64,000 nucleotides of DNA from Cyanobacteriota bacterium. Its GTDB lineage: Bacteria; Cyanobacteriota; Cyanobacteriia; Cyanobacteriales; Microcoleaceae. Shown here in pieces: positions 40,783 to 51,793 of the stretch. Positions within the stretch are counted from its first letter, which is position 1; each line of letters begins with the position of its first letter. The notes beneath the pieces are model-generated. The model searched no databases. It was given only the letters and a program-made list of their open reading frames with translations, and was not told the origin of the DNA. The position numbers were made by a program, and so were the translations under genes. The stretch is from the NCBI GenBank assembly GCA_043767465.1, contig JAYUGZ010000156.1, positions 2,857 through 66,856 on the forward strand. Reading direction: 5' to 3'.

Positions 40783-41283
40783 TTATTTATCTTTGTCGGG
40801 ATTTGTATCTTTTATGACTAAAACAGAACAATTCGCGCGATCGACCACATGATTGCTGACACTACCTACGAAAAATTCTGCGATCGCAGAATGGTCATGC
40901 CGACCTAGTACGATCAGATCGGCATTCCACTCTTGAGCGACACTGAGAATCGTTGCCCCTGGCTCACCAAAATGGTGTTGATATTCAGTTGAAATATTTA
41001 GGACAGTTGCCCGATCGCAGTATTCTTGTAACCAAGTTTTTGCCTGCTCAATCTGTAGCTGAAGCGTTTCGTCCTGGATTAATTGAGGCAACCCAGTGTT
41101 GATTGGATAGATTCCAAATGTCCCACCTGACTGGAATCCTGGAGCGATCGCAGTCAAGTCTACGAGGCAATGAAGGATCATCAATTTAGCTTGCTCTTGC
41201 TGCGCTAAATTGAGTGCGCGATCGAAAACAATGGATGTTAAAGGAGAATGATTAATGGCAACTAGAATGCGTTTGAAGTTCAT
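40783..41283 (-). CDS. Universal stress protein (UspA family)
   Basis: [15 protein letters not shown]...[24 protein letters not shown]. Confidence 0.9.
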   Translation of the reverse strand: MNFKRILVAINHSPLTSIVFDRALNLAQQEQAKLMILHCLVDLTAIAPGFQSGGTFGIYPINTGLPQLIQDETLQLQIEQAKTWLQEYCDRATVLNISTEYQHHFGEPGATILSVAQEWNADLIVLGRHDHSAIAEFFVGSVSNHVVDRANCSVLVIKDTNPDKDK

Positions 41284-41309
41284 TATTTTGAGCCTTCAGG
41301 TTAATTTCA

Positions 41310-41652
41310 GTGTTGACTAAATCTGCTATTTGTAAAAGTTGAATTATTTCCTTGCGGCTAGGATGTAAAGCTGGTTCCGGGGCTGAATTTTTTGCCCAAG
41401 ATGAACGTAGCGAAAGAACCAGTAAATGCTTAAGCCTAAAGCCGCAATTCCCCCAATCACGGATAGTAAATCTATCCCTGAGTTGAGATTGAGGTTGAGA
41501 TTTTGTGAAAGAATCGCGAACCCTAAAATCAGTCCAGAAATAATGGTTAAAGTAAACTGTATCCAAAATTTACTCTACCCCAATGCTGGCAGTAAACTAG
41601 CAGCTTGGTGTCTCTCTAAAGGATGAGATTTTGATTATAGGTAGCTAGACAT
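41310..41652 (-). pseudogene. Decayed DUF3611-like membrane protein
   Basis: Hand translation gives G*SKFWIQFTLTIISGLILGFA...GLSIYWFFRY, then a frameshift to PEPALHPSRKEIIQLLQ; internal stops. Confidence 0.55.
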
Positions 41653-42067
41653 AAGGCAATGCTTTCTAAATCTTTGCTTTGAAAAATAGCAGGTGTCGAA
41701 CTTGATTTTGGCTCAGTGCCAGAATGTATAGCAACCGCCTTGGCGGTTAACGCAACTCCAAGTCTTACTTTTGGTTCATAATCCCTTACGGAGTAACCTT
41801 TTCCCTCTTCCCTCTTGCCTACATTGCCCCTCGTTCCACAAATCGCTCCATCAGCAGCAGTCTTTAGTCATTACTTTCAAGTATTGCTTTCGCCTGCAAA
41901 AGCTCTTGATATTGTTCTTCGCTGACCTTTGGATACTTGAGATTCAGTTCCTTTAACTGCGTGTAAATGATGCCCGCCACAACCAGACGAGTAAACCATT
42001 TGCGATCGGCGGGAATAATGTACCAAGGAGCATATTTTGTACTGGTGTGATTGAACATATCCTCATA

Positions 42068-43211
42068 TAGCGATCCTAAATGATTTTCTATGTACAATAT
42101 TGATGAATTTTGGGAAAATCAAATTTATGTTCCTTAGTGAAGAACTCTCTCCAAAAATTTGATAATCTTAAAAGACCTACATAAATACCAATACTTTCTT
42201 AAAAAGTTTTTAGCTTGTAACCAAATATCTTCAACGGGATTCTGTTGGGGGGCATTGGGAGCAAATAAAATACAAGTAATTGACCAATTCTCAGGTTCTT
42301 TCTCACTATTTACTGTTGATAAGAAATCTCTAAACTCTCCATATTTATGATAACTAGCTCCATCCCAAATTAATATAATTCTCCGACCTTTATATTTATA
42401 TTGTAAATATTTAATAAATTTGACCGTTGATTTTCCATCCCCAGATGGATGACTTTGAACGTGAAATTGTTGGGTTTGATAATTGAGAGCACCAAAATAA
42501 GTTTGTCGCTCTCTTTCATTAGTAATTGGAATTTCAATTCTTCTATCCGATCGACCCCAAACGTAGCCTGTCAGATCGCCATGAAGTAGATGACATTCAT
42601 CTAAAAACAATACTATTATTTCCCCAGATTCTATGCCCGCCTTGTTTTTCGATAAAATCTCGTTAATTTCTTCCCGCTTTTTTTTTACCAGTTCGTCATC
42701 GGATTTGGGATTAATTTTTTGAGTCTTTTTCCAACTAATATTAGCCCGAGCGAAAAGTTTATAATAGCTCTGTTTTGATTTATAGCTCACACCAAACTCT
42801 TGTTCTACATAAGTCACTAACTCCTCTAAGTTCCAATATTGTTTATGCTTTAACCACTCGACTACTACATCCGTTTGTCGCTCTGTCAAATACCCTCGCG
42901 AGCCTTTATATCCTAGTTTTATTCCTTCGACTCCTTGGGTTTTAAAAATCTTTTTCCAATAACCAACAAAGAATTCACTTACACCTAAAATTTTGCTAAT
43001 TTCATGGTACAGCTTACCTTCTTGCGCCATCCTGACAGCTATTGCTCGTTTTAGTTCTCTTACATCGATATCGCTTTTAATGAAAGATTCTAATTGGGAT
43101 ATTTCTTTTTCCATGTCTTTTTGTGGCAGTTGTAAGTTATTCATTTTTTTTGTCATACTCAAGTATTGCATATAATTGTATCATAACCTTGATTATGATT
43201 TAGGATTGCTA
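42068..43211 (-). mobile_element. IS630-family element
   Basis: Terminal inverted repeats TAGCGATCCTAAAT / ATTTAGGATTGCTA; TA duplication at 42066-42067 and 43212-43213. Confidence 0.92.
42134..43171 (-). CDS. IS630 transposase; last ~20 codons appear frameshifted
   Basis: FLDECHL, LIWDGASYH, APQQNPVEDIW; the expected tail EFFTKEHKFDFPKIHQYCT lies in another frame. Confidence 0.85.
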   Translation of the reverse strand: MQYLSMTKKMNNLQLPQKDMEKEISQLESFIKSDIDVRELKRAIAVRMAQEGKLYHEISKILGVSEFFVGYWKKIFKTQGVEGIKLGYKGSRGYLTERQTDVVVEWLKHKQYWNLEELVTYVEQEFGVSYKSKQSYYKLFARANISWKKTQKINPKSDDELVKKKREEINEILSKNKAGIESGEIIVLFLDECHLLHGDLTGYVWGRSDRRIEIPITNERERQTYFGALNYQTQQFHVQSHPSGDGKSTVKFIKYLQYKYKGRRIILIWDGASYHKYGEFRDFLSTVNSEKEPENWSITCILFAPNAPQQNPVEDIWLQAKNFLRKYWYLCRSFKIIKFLERVLH

Positions 43212-43623
43212 TAGACACTCATATAGTCATCCCAAAAGGCACGCTCTTTCGCATCATTCACAGAAAATTTCCAATTCTTTTCAGGGCGATTAATCCGTTC
43301 TAGAAAACGGTCTTTCTGCTCCTCTTTGGATACATTGAGGAAAAACTTGAGGATAATCGTTCCATTATTGACCAGATGCTTCTCAAAGTTGTTGATTTCT
43401 TCAAAGCGGCGCTTCCAAATATCATTGTCAATTAAACTAACAGTGAGCGGTCGCTGCTCTAGAATTTCTGGATGCACTCTTGTTACTAAAATTTCTTCGT
43501 AATAAGATCGATTAAAAATTCCAATTCGTCCTCTTTCGGGTAAAGCTTTAGAACATCGCCACATTGGTTCCAGCAAGGACTTGTTGATCGTCCATCAGTG
43601 CGATCGCACTTTCCCCACGAGAT

Positions 43624-43848
43624 TCACGACACAGAACCAATCAGCACAGCACTGACGGTGAATTCCTGCATAGTGGAATCCAGGACAAACTGTTGTTTGA
43701 TAAACAGAATGGCCCCAGAAATAACGCCCGTATCGTAGCCAAACAACAAACCACCGATGGCTGCGATCGCAGAGACAACGATCACAAACCCAGAAACATG
43801 GTGTTTCGCCCCGGAGGAGCTGGATTGAGAAGGGGATGATTTTGCCAT
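43624..43848 (-). pseudogene. N-terminal fragment of an MFS sugar porter
   Basis: AAIGGLLFGYDTGVISGAILFI; only ~74 aa remain. Confidence 0.85.
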
Positions 43849-43889
43849 GTCAAATTTCCTTAAGGTGAAATTCATCAAAACAACACCGT

Positions 43890-44211
43890 TCTTAAAGGAG
43901 TCACCAAAATAGCGGTAGTAGCGCTGGAGCGACTCGATCAGCAAATAGTTCATGGGAAACCAGACCGGGCCGCGCCAGTTAGAATTACCACCAAAATCCC
44001 CAGTGTTGGACTCACCTGGCTGATAGTTGATGGCATAAGTATGACCTTGGTAATTCAATTCGTAGGGATGCTCTAAGTGGATGCGAGAAACCGACCGAAT
44101 CCCGTAGGGGGACAAAAAACCGTCCTCGTTCAACAGGTGCTTAAGAATGGCTTTGAGTTGTTCTGGCTTGGCGATCGCAAACAGTCGCCGCTCGTTATCC
44201 CCCCGTGACTT
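43890..44211 (-). pseudogene. Internal fragment of a GH63-like glucosidase
   Basis: FLSPYGIRSVSR, FGGNSNWRGPVWFPMNYLLIESL; cut by the IS5 at its 5' side. Confidence 0.8.
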
Positions 44212-45225
44212 TATAGAACCCATTTGACATCTTTTCGCGAGCGCCAGTAGCGGGCGCTCAAATCGCAGTGGGCGATCGCCAGTAGCGGGCGATGAGCAAG
44301 CGGGTTATCCCGCAGATGCTCGTTAATGTAAAATTATCATCAAAACACTTCGAGAGAAATGCCGTACTCTACTAATCTCACAGATGCCGAATGGGAAACT
44401 TTGTCACCCTTACTCAATCAAATATTGCCCAAAAAAAAGAAAACTCGCCCCCCTAACTGGACTCAAAGAGAAATTTTAAATGGCATCTTCTATCAACTCA
44501 AAAATGGTGGCAATTGGGCTGACCTACCAAAAAATTTACCTCCTTACTCAACAGTATATTGGCATTACAAGCAGTGGCGAGAACAAGGAGTGATTGAAAA
44601 GTTGATGAGGGTCTTACATTCTCAAGTACGAGCGCAAGTCAAAAAAAACCGAAATGGACTACACTGATGATTATAGACTCACAAGCCGTAAAAAATACTT
44701 GTAATGCTAGTATTGCATCAAAAGGGTATTGTTTCTACAAATCAACGAATGGTATTAAAAGGCATCTAGCCGTTGACACGCTTGGGTTCTCCTTCTTCAC
44801 TCACGTAACTAAAGCAAATTTATCAGATGATGCGGGTTTAATTGAAATGTTAAGTAAAAACATCGATTATTTCAAGTCTAAACCTGTTAATATTCCCAAA
44901 GTCACTATTTTGTTAGACCACGGATATCACCCCGACTATTTGACTGTTGAATTAAAAAAAGTTTACCCACAGATTATGACAAAAATTCAGTTTGAACTCT
45001 CGGAAAAACCCTCAAAGAAACAAAAAGAAGCTCGAGGACAATCGGGATTTGTGCCAGTTAAAGCGAGGTGGGTCATCGAGCGCTCTAATTCTTGGATGGA
45101 AAGATGTAAAATTCTCATCAAAAACTTCGAGAGAACCTTAGATAATGCAACTGCCAAGATGAATCTTTGTTTTATTAGGTTGATGATTAAGAGGCTAGCT
45201 TCTTAGATGTCAAATGGGTTCTATA
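44212..45225 (+). mobile_element. IS5-family element (right border of island)
   Basis: TATAGAACCCATTTGACATCT ... AGATGTCAAATGGGTTCTATA; ends nearly identical to those of the left element. Confidence 0.92.
44359..45206 (+). CDS. IS5 transposase, orfA/orfB joined by a probable programmed frameshift
   Basis: orfA 44359..44667, A8 run at 44641, orfB IIDSQAVK...KRHLAVD...LLDHGY...RWVIERS; appears intact. Confidence 0.88.
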
Positions 45226-46488
45226 GCTTATTGCGATCGCGTCGAACTCATGTTAATAACGAGGCGGCAATCTTTTACGCAACCTTAACAGCTTTTCAAT
45301 TAGTTCTGCTTGCTCAATTGTGAAAGTACAGGTTGCTATAAATGCTACCATTTTTGAGCCTCTGCTACATTTGCCTAAAATTGGAGTGTAGAGCTTGCTG
45401 TTAAATTATTAAATTGATATTAAGTGTACCGTCACGGTAAAAAACCTCAAAATTAACTTTTTGGGACTGAGTTTTCATGCCTTTTCATGCGTTTTTCGCT
45501 GTTTTTTCTGAGAATGTGCGAGTAAACTTGTGCAAACTCAGCTTAATTGTTAGCTGAATTTGCGGGCTTGTTAGCAACAAAAACCGCATGAGAACTCAAA
45601 CTTATGCCAGAGAAGAAGCTTGCACAAAAAGCAGGATCACTGATAGCAATAGCAATGTTCAGAGATATATTTATACCAAAATATAAAAAACTTCTCTAAT
45701 AAACAGGAGCGTTTGTATTGTAGAGCCACACCACGATCGGTATTGAACAAAAATTCAATTAGACGAACGATCGCCCTCGCAGTTTTAGCAGAATTAGCAG
45801 GCTCAACAAATACTTTTCGATGCAGTATTTCAACGGATAACCTGAATATTGACTCTTAGTGGTTGGGTTGAGCCTGTTTGTTTATGCTCTTTTCAGCTAT
45901 AGTTGCTGCTAGAACTACTATCGGGTAAGCTTTGATTCCAATTCCTGCGCTCGCTTCAGTTGGTGCGATCGCCAATGACTACCCGCAAATGCGGGGGAGC
46001 GAATAGGGAAAACAATTAGGTCAAATTGACCGATAATCAATGCCAATCGCGAGCGATCGCACCAACTGAAGCGATCGCCAATCGCGGAGGGTTTGTGCAA
46101 GCAGCGGCTCTATTATTTATGAGCTTGCTGTTTTGATACTGAACTATAACGAAATCGCGCTAACCCGTGTTTCCCATGCCACTTTCCAGAAAAATCTGCA
46201 ACGTGCAAACAAGCGATCGCGCTCCCTCAAGAAATAACGAGAATTAAAAAGCGAGCGAGACAGCGCTCTAAACCAAGCGATCAAAGAAAACGGTTTTGAA
46301 GCAACTGCCGATTCGCGATCGCGGAGCCAACCGAAGGCATTGCCATAGATCAAACTCAGCCTTAAGGTGAACCCTCTAAAAGGAGCGATCCAAGTGAGCT
46401 AACAAAAACTACCAGTTGTGGTGAAGTCAAATAATAAATCCAACAAATACCATATAGTTAACCAACACTTATAGCCCGTGTAAACAGC

Positions 46489-48246
46489 ATGGAATCAAAT
46501 TTTGATTTTCTCAAATATCCTAGCTCTTTCCTATTGCCTGTTCGCTACTATGATTTGTTTAAGAACCCCCAATCTAGGAATACCATTGAAATCAGACTAA
46601 AAGACGCATTCGTCAGTAACTTGATGCTCCCCGTTGAGCAAAAAATAACTCATTGGCTCAAAAGAAAAAGTACAGCCACACTAACTTTAGAAGTAGCTCA
46701 ATCTCTGCAAATTGAACCAGCTTCAGTCCCACTTGATACCCCTCCCTCTCTCGTGCTAGCTACAGCCTATCCAAGCTTAATTCACATTTATCCTATTCAT
46801 AGCTATTTAGAAAAAAGTATAGCTTGGGTACATTGGAAACTAGGTCTCGACCTAGCAAAATGGGTGAACCCTGAAACTCAAGCAACTCTCGAACAAGCAC
46901 TCAATCTCTGGAACGACCCAACTATCAACCTAAGTGTTTTTGCCGACAAAAAATGGATTTTAAAAGATATCCCCGAAGGCACTATCATAACACCACTCAA
47001 CCCTGAAGGCCTTGAGTTCATGCTAGAAAATGGCACAGTAAGTTTGGGAGAAAATTGGAGCAACTTCAAATCAGGATTCAATAAATTCAGTTGCCAAACT
47101 TGGGAATTCAGAGGTAAACTGGCAGCAGGAGGCTATACAAATGCCAAAAAATTGTCACTAGAATCCCTCTTCAATCCGCTCGAAGAATACCCAGAACTGT
47201 TTACTACCGATCGAGACGGCAAAGTTTGGATTAAAGTAGAAGTTTTTTCCCTAATGCTAGCAACTTTTACCCAGATCGCTCCCGACTCCTACTCTGAACA
47301 GCTAGAAAGCTTTATTGAACTTTGGCAGAACTCTTTCGCATCTGCCCTACAACCACTCGCAGATGCTTGCTGGTTTGTCCAAAAAAAGTTGGCGGTACTT
47401 GAGGTACTTTTCCAAAATTTCAGTTATATTTCCCCCCACCAAGAGCAATTGTACCGAACATTGACAACCTTAGAACAAGAATTGACACCTAATCCGATCT
47501 TACTTGCTGATATAAGTGCAATCGCTTCTAAAATGCCCAACACAGTGCAACTCCAAACATCCCTGTATCCAGAGAGTAGTAAAGATACCAGCAGCGAAGA
47601 TATTTTAGCCTCAACTGACTACAAAGCAGTGAGGAAAATAGTCGAATTTGCAGGATTTAATTTAGAACTGTTCCAGATTTCTTCAGGAGATTACTATGCC
47701 AGCCTCAGTAGTGCTGCCACGCCAATGGAAAAAGAGGCTCAGTCTCTGAACAATTTTGTAGAATCAAAGATAATTAAATCCTTACTCAGTGAGCGTTGTG
47801 GGTTAGCAAAAGTTGTTAAAATAACAGCACCCGGCTCAAAGGAATCAATCAGAGCAGTGCCTTTAGAAATAGTCAGCTTGTACTGGTTACGACAGTACGA
47901 ACTTGGCAATCCGCTTGCCAAAACCCTAGTCACAGAAATTTGCCTTGAATTGCTAACTCAAGTTGCAAACCAAGCCTTTATAGTCAAACTATCAGAACAA
48001 GAACAACAGCAAAATTTACGGAAGCAGCTAGAGAACTATAGCTCTATTGTTGAGGTCAACAAACACTCTGAACTAGAATCAACCTTCTGCAAAGCAATTA
48101 ATTACTTGCTACAGCAACTCAACCGACTTGAAGGAACAACCCCAGAATATTTTAGCTCCAACGGTCAATCCAACGATCAAAGTAGCATCAAATCAGAAAG
48201 CGATCGCACTTTGCCACAAACACACCCAAACGGATCGATCCATTGA
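46489..48246 (+). CDS. Hypothetical protein sharing a C-terminal domain with the Bro-N protein
   Basis: 585-aa ORF; IRAVPLEIVSLYWLRQYELGNPLAKTLV resembles the repeats in 50499..51737. Confidence 0.7.
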   Translation: MESNFDFLKYPSSFLLPVRYYDLFKNPQSRNTIEIRLKDAFVSNLMLPVEQKITHWLKRKSTATLTLEVAQSLQIEPASVPLDTPPSLVLATAYPSLIHIYPIHSYLEKSIAWVHWKLGLDLAKWVNPETQATLEQALNLWNDPTINLSVFADKKWILKDIPEGTIITPLNPEGLEFMLENGTVSLGENWSNFKSGFNKFSCQTWEFRGKLAAGGYTNAKKLSLESLFNPLEEYPELFTTDRDGKVWIKVEVFSLMLATFTQIAPDSYSEQLESFIELWQNSFASALQPLADACWFVQKKLAVLEVLFQNFSYISPHQEQLYRTLTTLEQELTPNPILLADISAIASKMPNTVQLQTSLYPESSKDTSSEDILASTDYKAVRKIVEFAGFNLELFQISSGDYYASLSSAATPMEKEAQSLNNFVESKIIKSLLSERCGLAKVVKITAPGSKESIRAVPLEIVSLYWLRQYELGNPLAKTLVTEICLELLTQVANQAFIVKLSEQEQQQNLRKQLENYSSIVEVNKHSELESTFCKAINYLLQQLNRLEGTTPEYFSSNGQSNDQSSIKSESDRTLPQTHPNGSIH

Positions 48247-48297
48247 AGCGGATCAAAAGCAGCTCCAACTTATAACTGAGGAGGACACAGTTAAACC

Positions 48298-48621
48298 ATG
48301 CCACGCCAACTCCACCGAACAGAAACTTACTTACTACGGCTAACGCCTCAAGAAAAAGAAACCTGGACATCTATGGCGATATCCGCCCGATTAACTATTG
48401 CAGAACTCATCAGGAAGCGCATGGCAGGATGTCACATCAAGACCATTACACGCATCAACTTTCAAGTTCACTTATTACTAGGAGAAATTGCCCAAAACCT
48501 CTTACAAATCAGCCAGACTTTAGACCAGATTGACTATCAAAATGCTAGTCAAATCAACAACATTGTTAAAACAATTGACAAAATTCGCTTGCAATTACTC
48601 TCAACCCACACCACAGATTAA
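48298..48621 (+). CDS. mobC: MobC-like relaxosome accessory protein
   Basis: LRLTPQEKE...LTIAELIR, LGEIAQNLLQI; directly upstream of the relaxase. Confidence 0.8.
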   Translation: MPRQLHRTETYLLRLTPQEKETWTSMAISARLTIAELIRKRMAGCHIKTITRINFQVHLLLGEIAQNLLQISQTLDQIDYQNASQINNIVKTIDKIRLQLLSTHTTD

Positions 48622-48650
48622 CTCAAGAACCGAAAACGACCGCACAAACC

Positions 48651-50360
48651 ATGATTGGCAAAATTACGAAAGGTTCTGACTTTGCAGGTTTGACTAATTA
48701 CATCTTAAGCAAAGAAAAATCCCAACTACTTTGCACAAATCTAGCTGGGTCAACACCGCAGGAATTCTGGCAGCAGTTAGAAGCAACCACTCTGCTAAAT
48801 CCTGACGTTTCATATCCCGTTTGCCATACAAGCATTAGTTTTGCCATTGAAGATACTCCCAAACTTTCCAGCAACACCCTGTTAACAGTTGTGGACGCGA
48901 CACGCAAAGGGATAGGTCTTGACTCCTGCCTCTACTTTGCCGCCACTCACGGCGATCGCAAACACTTTCACCTACACCTTGCCGCATCCCGCATTGACGT
49001 TGAAGGTAATTGTGTTTCAGACTGGCACAACTTCTACCGCCTAGAGAAAACACTCCGCTCCTTAGAGGAAGAACTCGACCTCAAAAAAATTAAATGTAGT
49101 AGGTACGTAGAACACACTGCACCCAGCACGGGACAAGAGCGAAGGAAAAGGAGAGAAAACGAAGAATTCTCTCAAGGGTTGAGACAAGCCCCCCCCACTC
49201 CGAGTGCTGTAGAGAAAATTCAAACCACAATTGCAATTAGCATTGAACCTGGAAAAAATCTGAACCAGCTTTTTGCTGACTTGAAGAACGAAAACATTTT
49301 CCCCCGCCTTAAAGTTAATTCAGGCGGTCAAATTTTAGGAATATCTTACTTGGCAGATGGGGTAGCAATCAAAGGAAGCAAATTAGGAAGGGGCAAAGGA
49401 GCTTGTACTCTGGCAGGGCTGGCTCACCGGGGGATAATCCTAGATTTAGAACTCGGCAACAAATCAATCACCACTCAAGCGCTTACATCGCCCCTAGAAA
49501 TATTAGCCGATACCCAAGAACAGCCCATTATTAGAGAAGCTTTTAAAAAGCGTAGGGAGCAAACTCGCACCAATCGCCAAGCACGACCTAAGCAAGAACA
49601 AATGTCTCAGAAACAGCAGAAGCAAGAACAACAGGAACGCCACCAGTTGTGGGGAAATGAAATTGCCCCAATCGTACTCACTCTCCTTGATTCTTATCAA
49701 GCAGATAGCCTTGAAAGTAACAACAAACGCTATCAAATCGATCGGCTTCCCGAAACCTGCGATGTTGTAGTTCAGCGTGTAGATACCCTTGAACCCGTAC
49801 CGAATCATACACAGGTACTAGGTTTTAATTACTCCAAAAAAGGACTAAAAGTTTGGCACAACCTGCTAACTCAAGAGGATGTAGAACACTTTCAGGCCGT
49901 TGACCAGCAGTTGTCGGATAAGCAGCAACAACTACAACAGCAACAAACACCACAGCAGCAAATTTGGGAAACTCAACAAGAAGCCGTGCAGAACCGCATC
50001 ATAGCTGAAGAGATCGTTCCCATTGCAGGAGCAGCATTAGAACACACACTACTTACTACTAAAACACCAGAACCAGCAATAGATTGGAACCAGTATCGCA
50101 TCTCCTGGAATCGGCAAGAGCTAGAACTTGCCATAACCGTTTCTGACGGTAGAGGCGAGATTCTTCGAGCCAGTTTTGAAGACGACGGAACCTATCACTT
50201 ACCAGCTTGCTCCGTTACACCAGAAGATGTGAAAAACTTTCAAACTTTGCGCCAAGAATTGCAGGAGCAATTACCATACAAAGCACCTCAACCACAAAAA
50301 AGTTTATCCAACCAGCTACAGCGACAACCGCCTAGCCGCAAACAAATTGAACTCGACTGA
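48651..50360 (+). CDS. Relaxase (MOB-P type)
   Basis: MIGKITKGSDFAGLTNYIL (catalytic Tyr), HTSISF, HGDRKHFHLHLAASRI (HUH), GISY..DGVAIKGSKLG. Confidence 0.92.
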   Translation: MIGKITKGSDFAGLTNYILSKEKSQLLCTNLAGSTPQEFWQQLEATTLLNPDVSYPVCHTSISFAIEDTPKLSSNTLLTVVDATRKGIGLDSCLYFAATHGDRKHFHLHLAASRIDVEGNCVSDWHNFYRLEKTLRSLEEELDLKKIKCSRYVEHTAPSTGQERRKRRENEEFSQGLRQAPPTPSAVEKIQTTIAISIEPGKNLNQLFADLKNENIFPRLKVNSGGQILGISYLADGVAIKGSKLGRGKGACTLAGLAHRGIILDLELGNKSITTQALTSPLEILADTQEQPIIREAFKKRREQTRTNRQARPKQEQMSQKQQKQEQQERHQLWGNEIAPIVLTLLDSYQADSLESNNKRYQIDRLPETCDVVVQRVDTLEPVPNHTQVLGFNYSKKGLKVWHNLLTQEDVEHFQAVDQQLSDKQQQLQQQQTPQQQIWETQQEAVQNRIIAEEIVPIAGAALEHTLLTTKTPEPAIDWNQYRISWNRQELELAITVSDGRGEILRASFEDDGTYHLPACSVTPEDVKNFQTLRQELQEQLPYKAPQPQKSLSNQLQRQPPSRKQIELD

Positions 50361-51793
50361 ACTTATCCCTCCAATTGGAGCGCTCCGATTTTACTGTTAA
50401 TATTCACTCTCTTAGCCGTAGGCAAAAATCCATTTAATATTTTACAATCGTCGAAAGTTACCCGGAAGCTATTCCGATTTACGCTGCAAAATTTTACCAT
50501 GAAACCATCAGAAATTACACCAATAATTACCCCATACCGTTCCCTCCAAATTGGCGAATCTTTAATCGAAATCCTCAAAGTAGAAGACGAATATTGCCTA
50601 TCTCAGACTCAAGCAGAACGAGCTATTGGCAAACAAGATAACTCTACTTTAAGATACCAACTCGAACGAGCGAAACTGTGGAAATCACCTTGGAATAGCT
50701 CCCTCAAAGTTAAAAAGCAAGCCCCCAACGGCAAACTCGATCAAATCCGTACCATTCATCCCATCCCTCTCGAAATGGTCTATTTATATTGGCAGCTTCA
50801 AGCCCAAACTCGACCCCAAGCTAAAGCTCTAATTGAAACACTAGGAGAAAATGGTCTTGAACAGTTTAAACAAATTGTTGATAGTGCTTTCAGCAGTTCT
50901 GAACAATCGCAACCCCCTATTTCCTACCAAACTAATTCGCCATTGAATCCAGAAAATATCGCGCCAACACACTCGCAAACCGAAAGCAAAATTCAAATAC
51001 AACAACCAGTGGCTTTCACAAATATAGACTCTATCGAGGAAATTCCTTGTGGTAAATTACTCAAGTTCAACAACTTTGAGATAGAAATCTTCAAGTTCCA
51101 TAACATCTACTGCCTTTCTCAAAAAGAAGTTTTTAAAACCATCGACAAATCACCTGCGGGAGCCGACATAGAATATTGCCTCCGACGATTTAAACTTTGG
51201 CACTCAACCTTACCAGAATTCATTATTATCAAAAAACTCTGTTGTCCGCCTCCTAAATATTTTTTAATCAATTTCCGCCTAGAAGCAGAACGAAACAATC
51301 GCATAAAACCTGTTCCTTTAGACATGGCTTACCTTTACTGGAAGGTTCAAGCTATTAACGGTCAGCTTCCAGCTATCGAACTAATGGAAGCTTTAGGAGA
51401 CAATGGTTTAGAACGACTCATGGAATTAGCTGATGCTAGTTTTAAGGCCACTGTTGAAACCGAAGTAAAGAACGCCTTAACTCCCCAATCTAGCTATTCA
51501 GAAATAGTCACAATATCAGCCATTGACAAACCTGAATTTCCTCCTGTTCAACAAACAACTCAAACTCAGGAAATCCATGAATGGCAGCAATTTAAGTTTG
51601 AAGGAAAACAAGTACGGATGGTAGGAACACCGGATACCCCTTCATGGATAGCTCAAGATGTTTGTGATGTCTTAGGGATTGCTGAAGCCAGATCCTCAAT
51701 GCGGGATTTTGATGAAGATGAGAGAGCTAGTCCCTAGGTAGCGAATAAATAGACAAAATGGTACACTAATCGACAAATATACGGTATACTATT

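Larger units (their letters stand above)
41864..43565 (-). pseudogene. Polyphosphate kinase 2 family gene, 5'-truncated and interrupted by IS630
   Basis: [23 protein letters not shown]...KNWKFS...WDDYMSVY | EDMFNHTSTKYAPWYIIPADRKW; the frame rejoins as GTC TAT GAG when the IS is removed. Confidence 0.9.

Noticed and set aside
19921-40852. Many 60-290 aa plus-strand and alternate-frame ORFs across the island (e.g. 29213..30091, 23649..24320)
   Set aside because: They are shadows of well-supported GC-rich minus-strand enzyme genes and show no motifs of their own.
41252-41566. 104-aa ORF as an intact gene
   Set aside because: Mostly the wrong frame of a decayed DUF3611-like gene.
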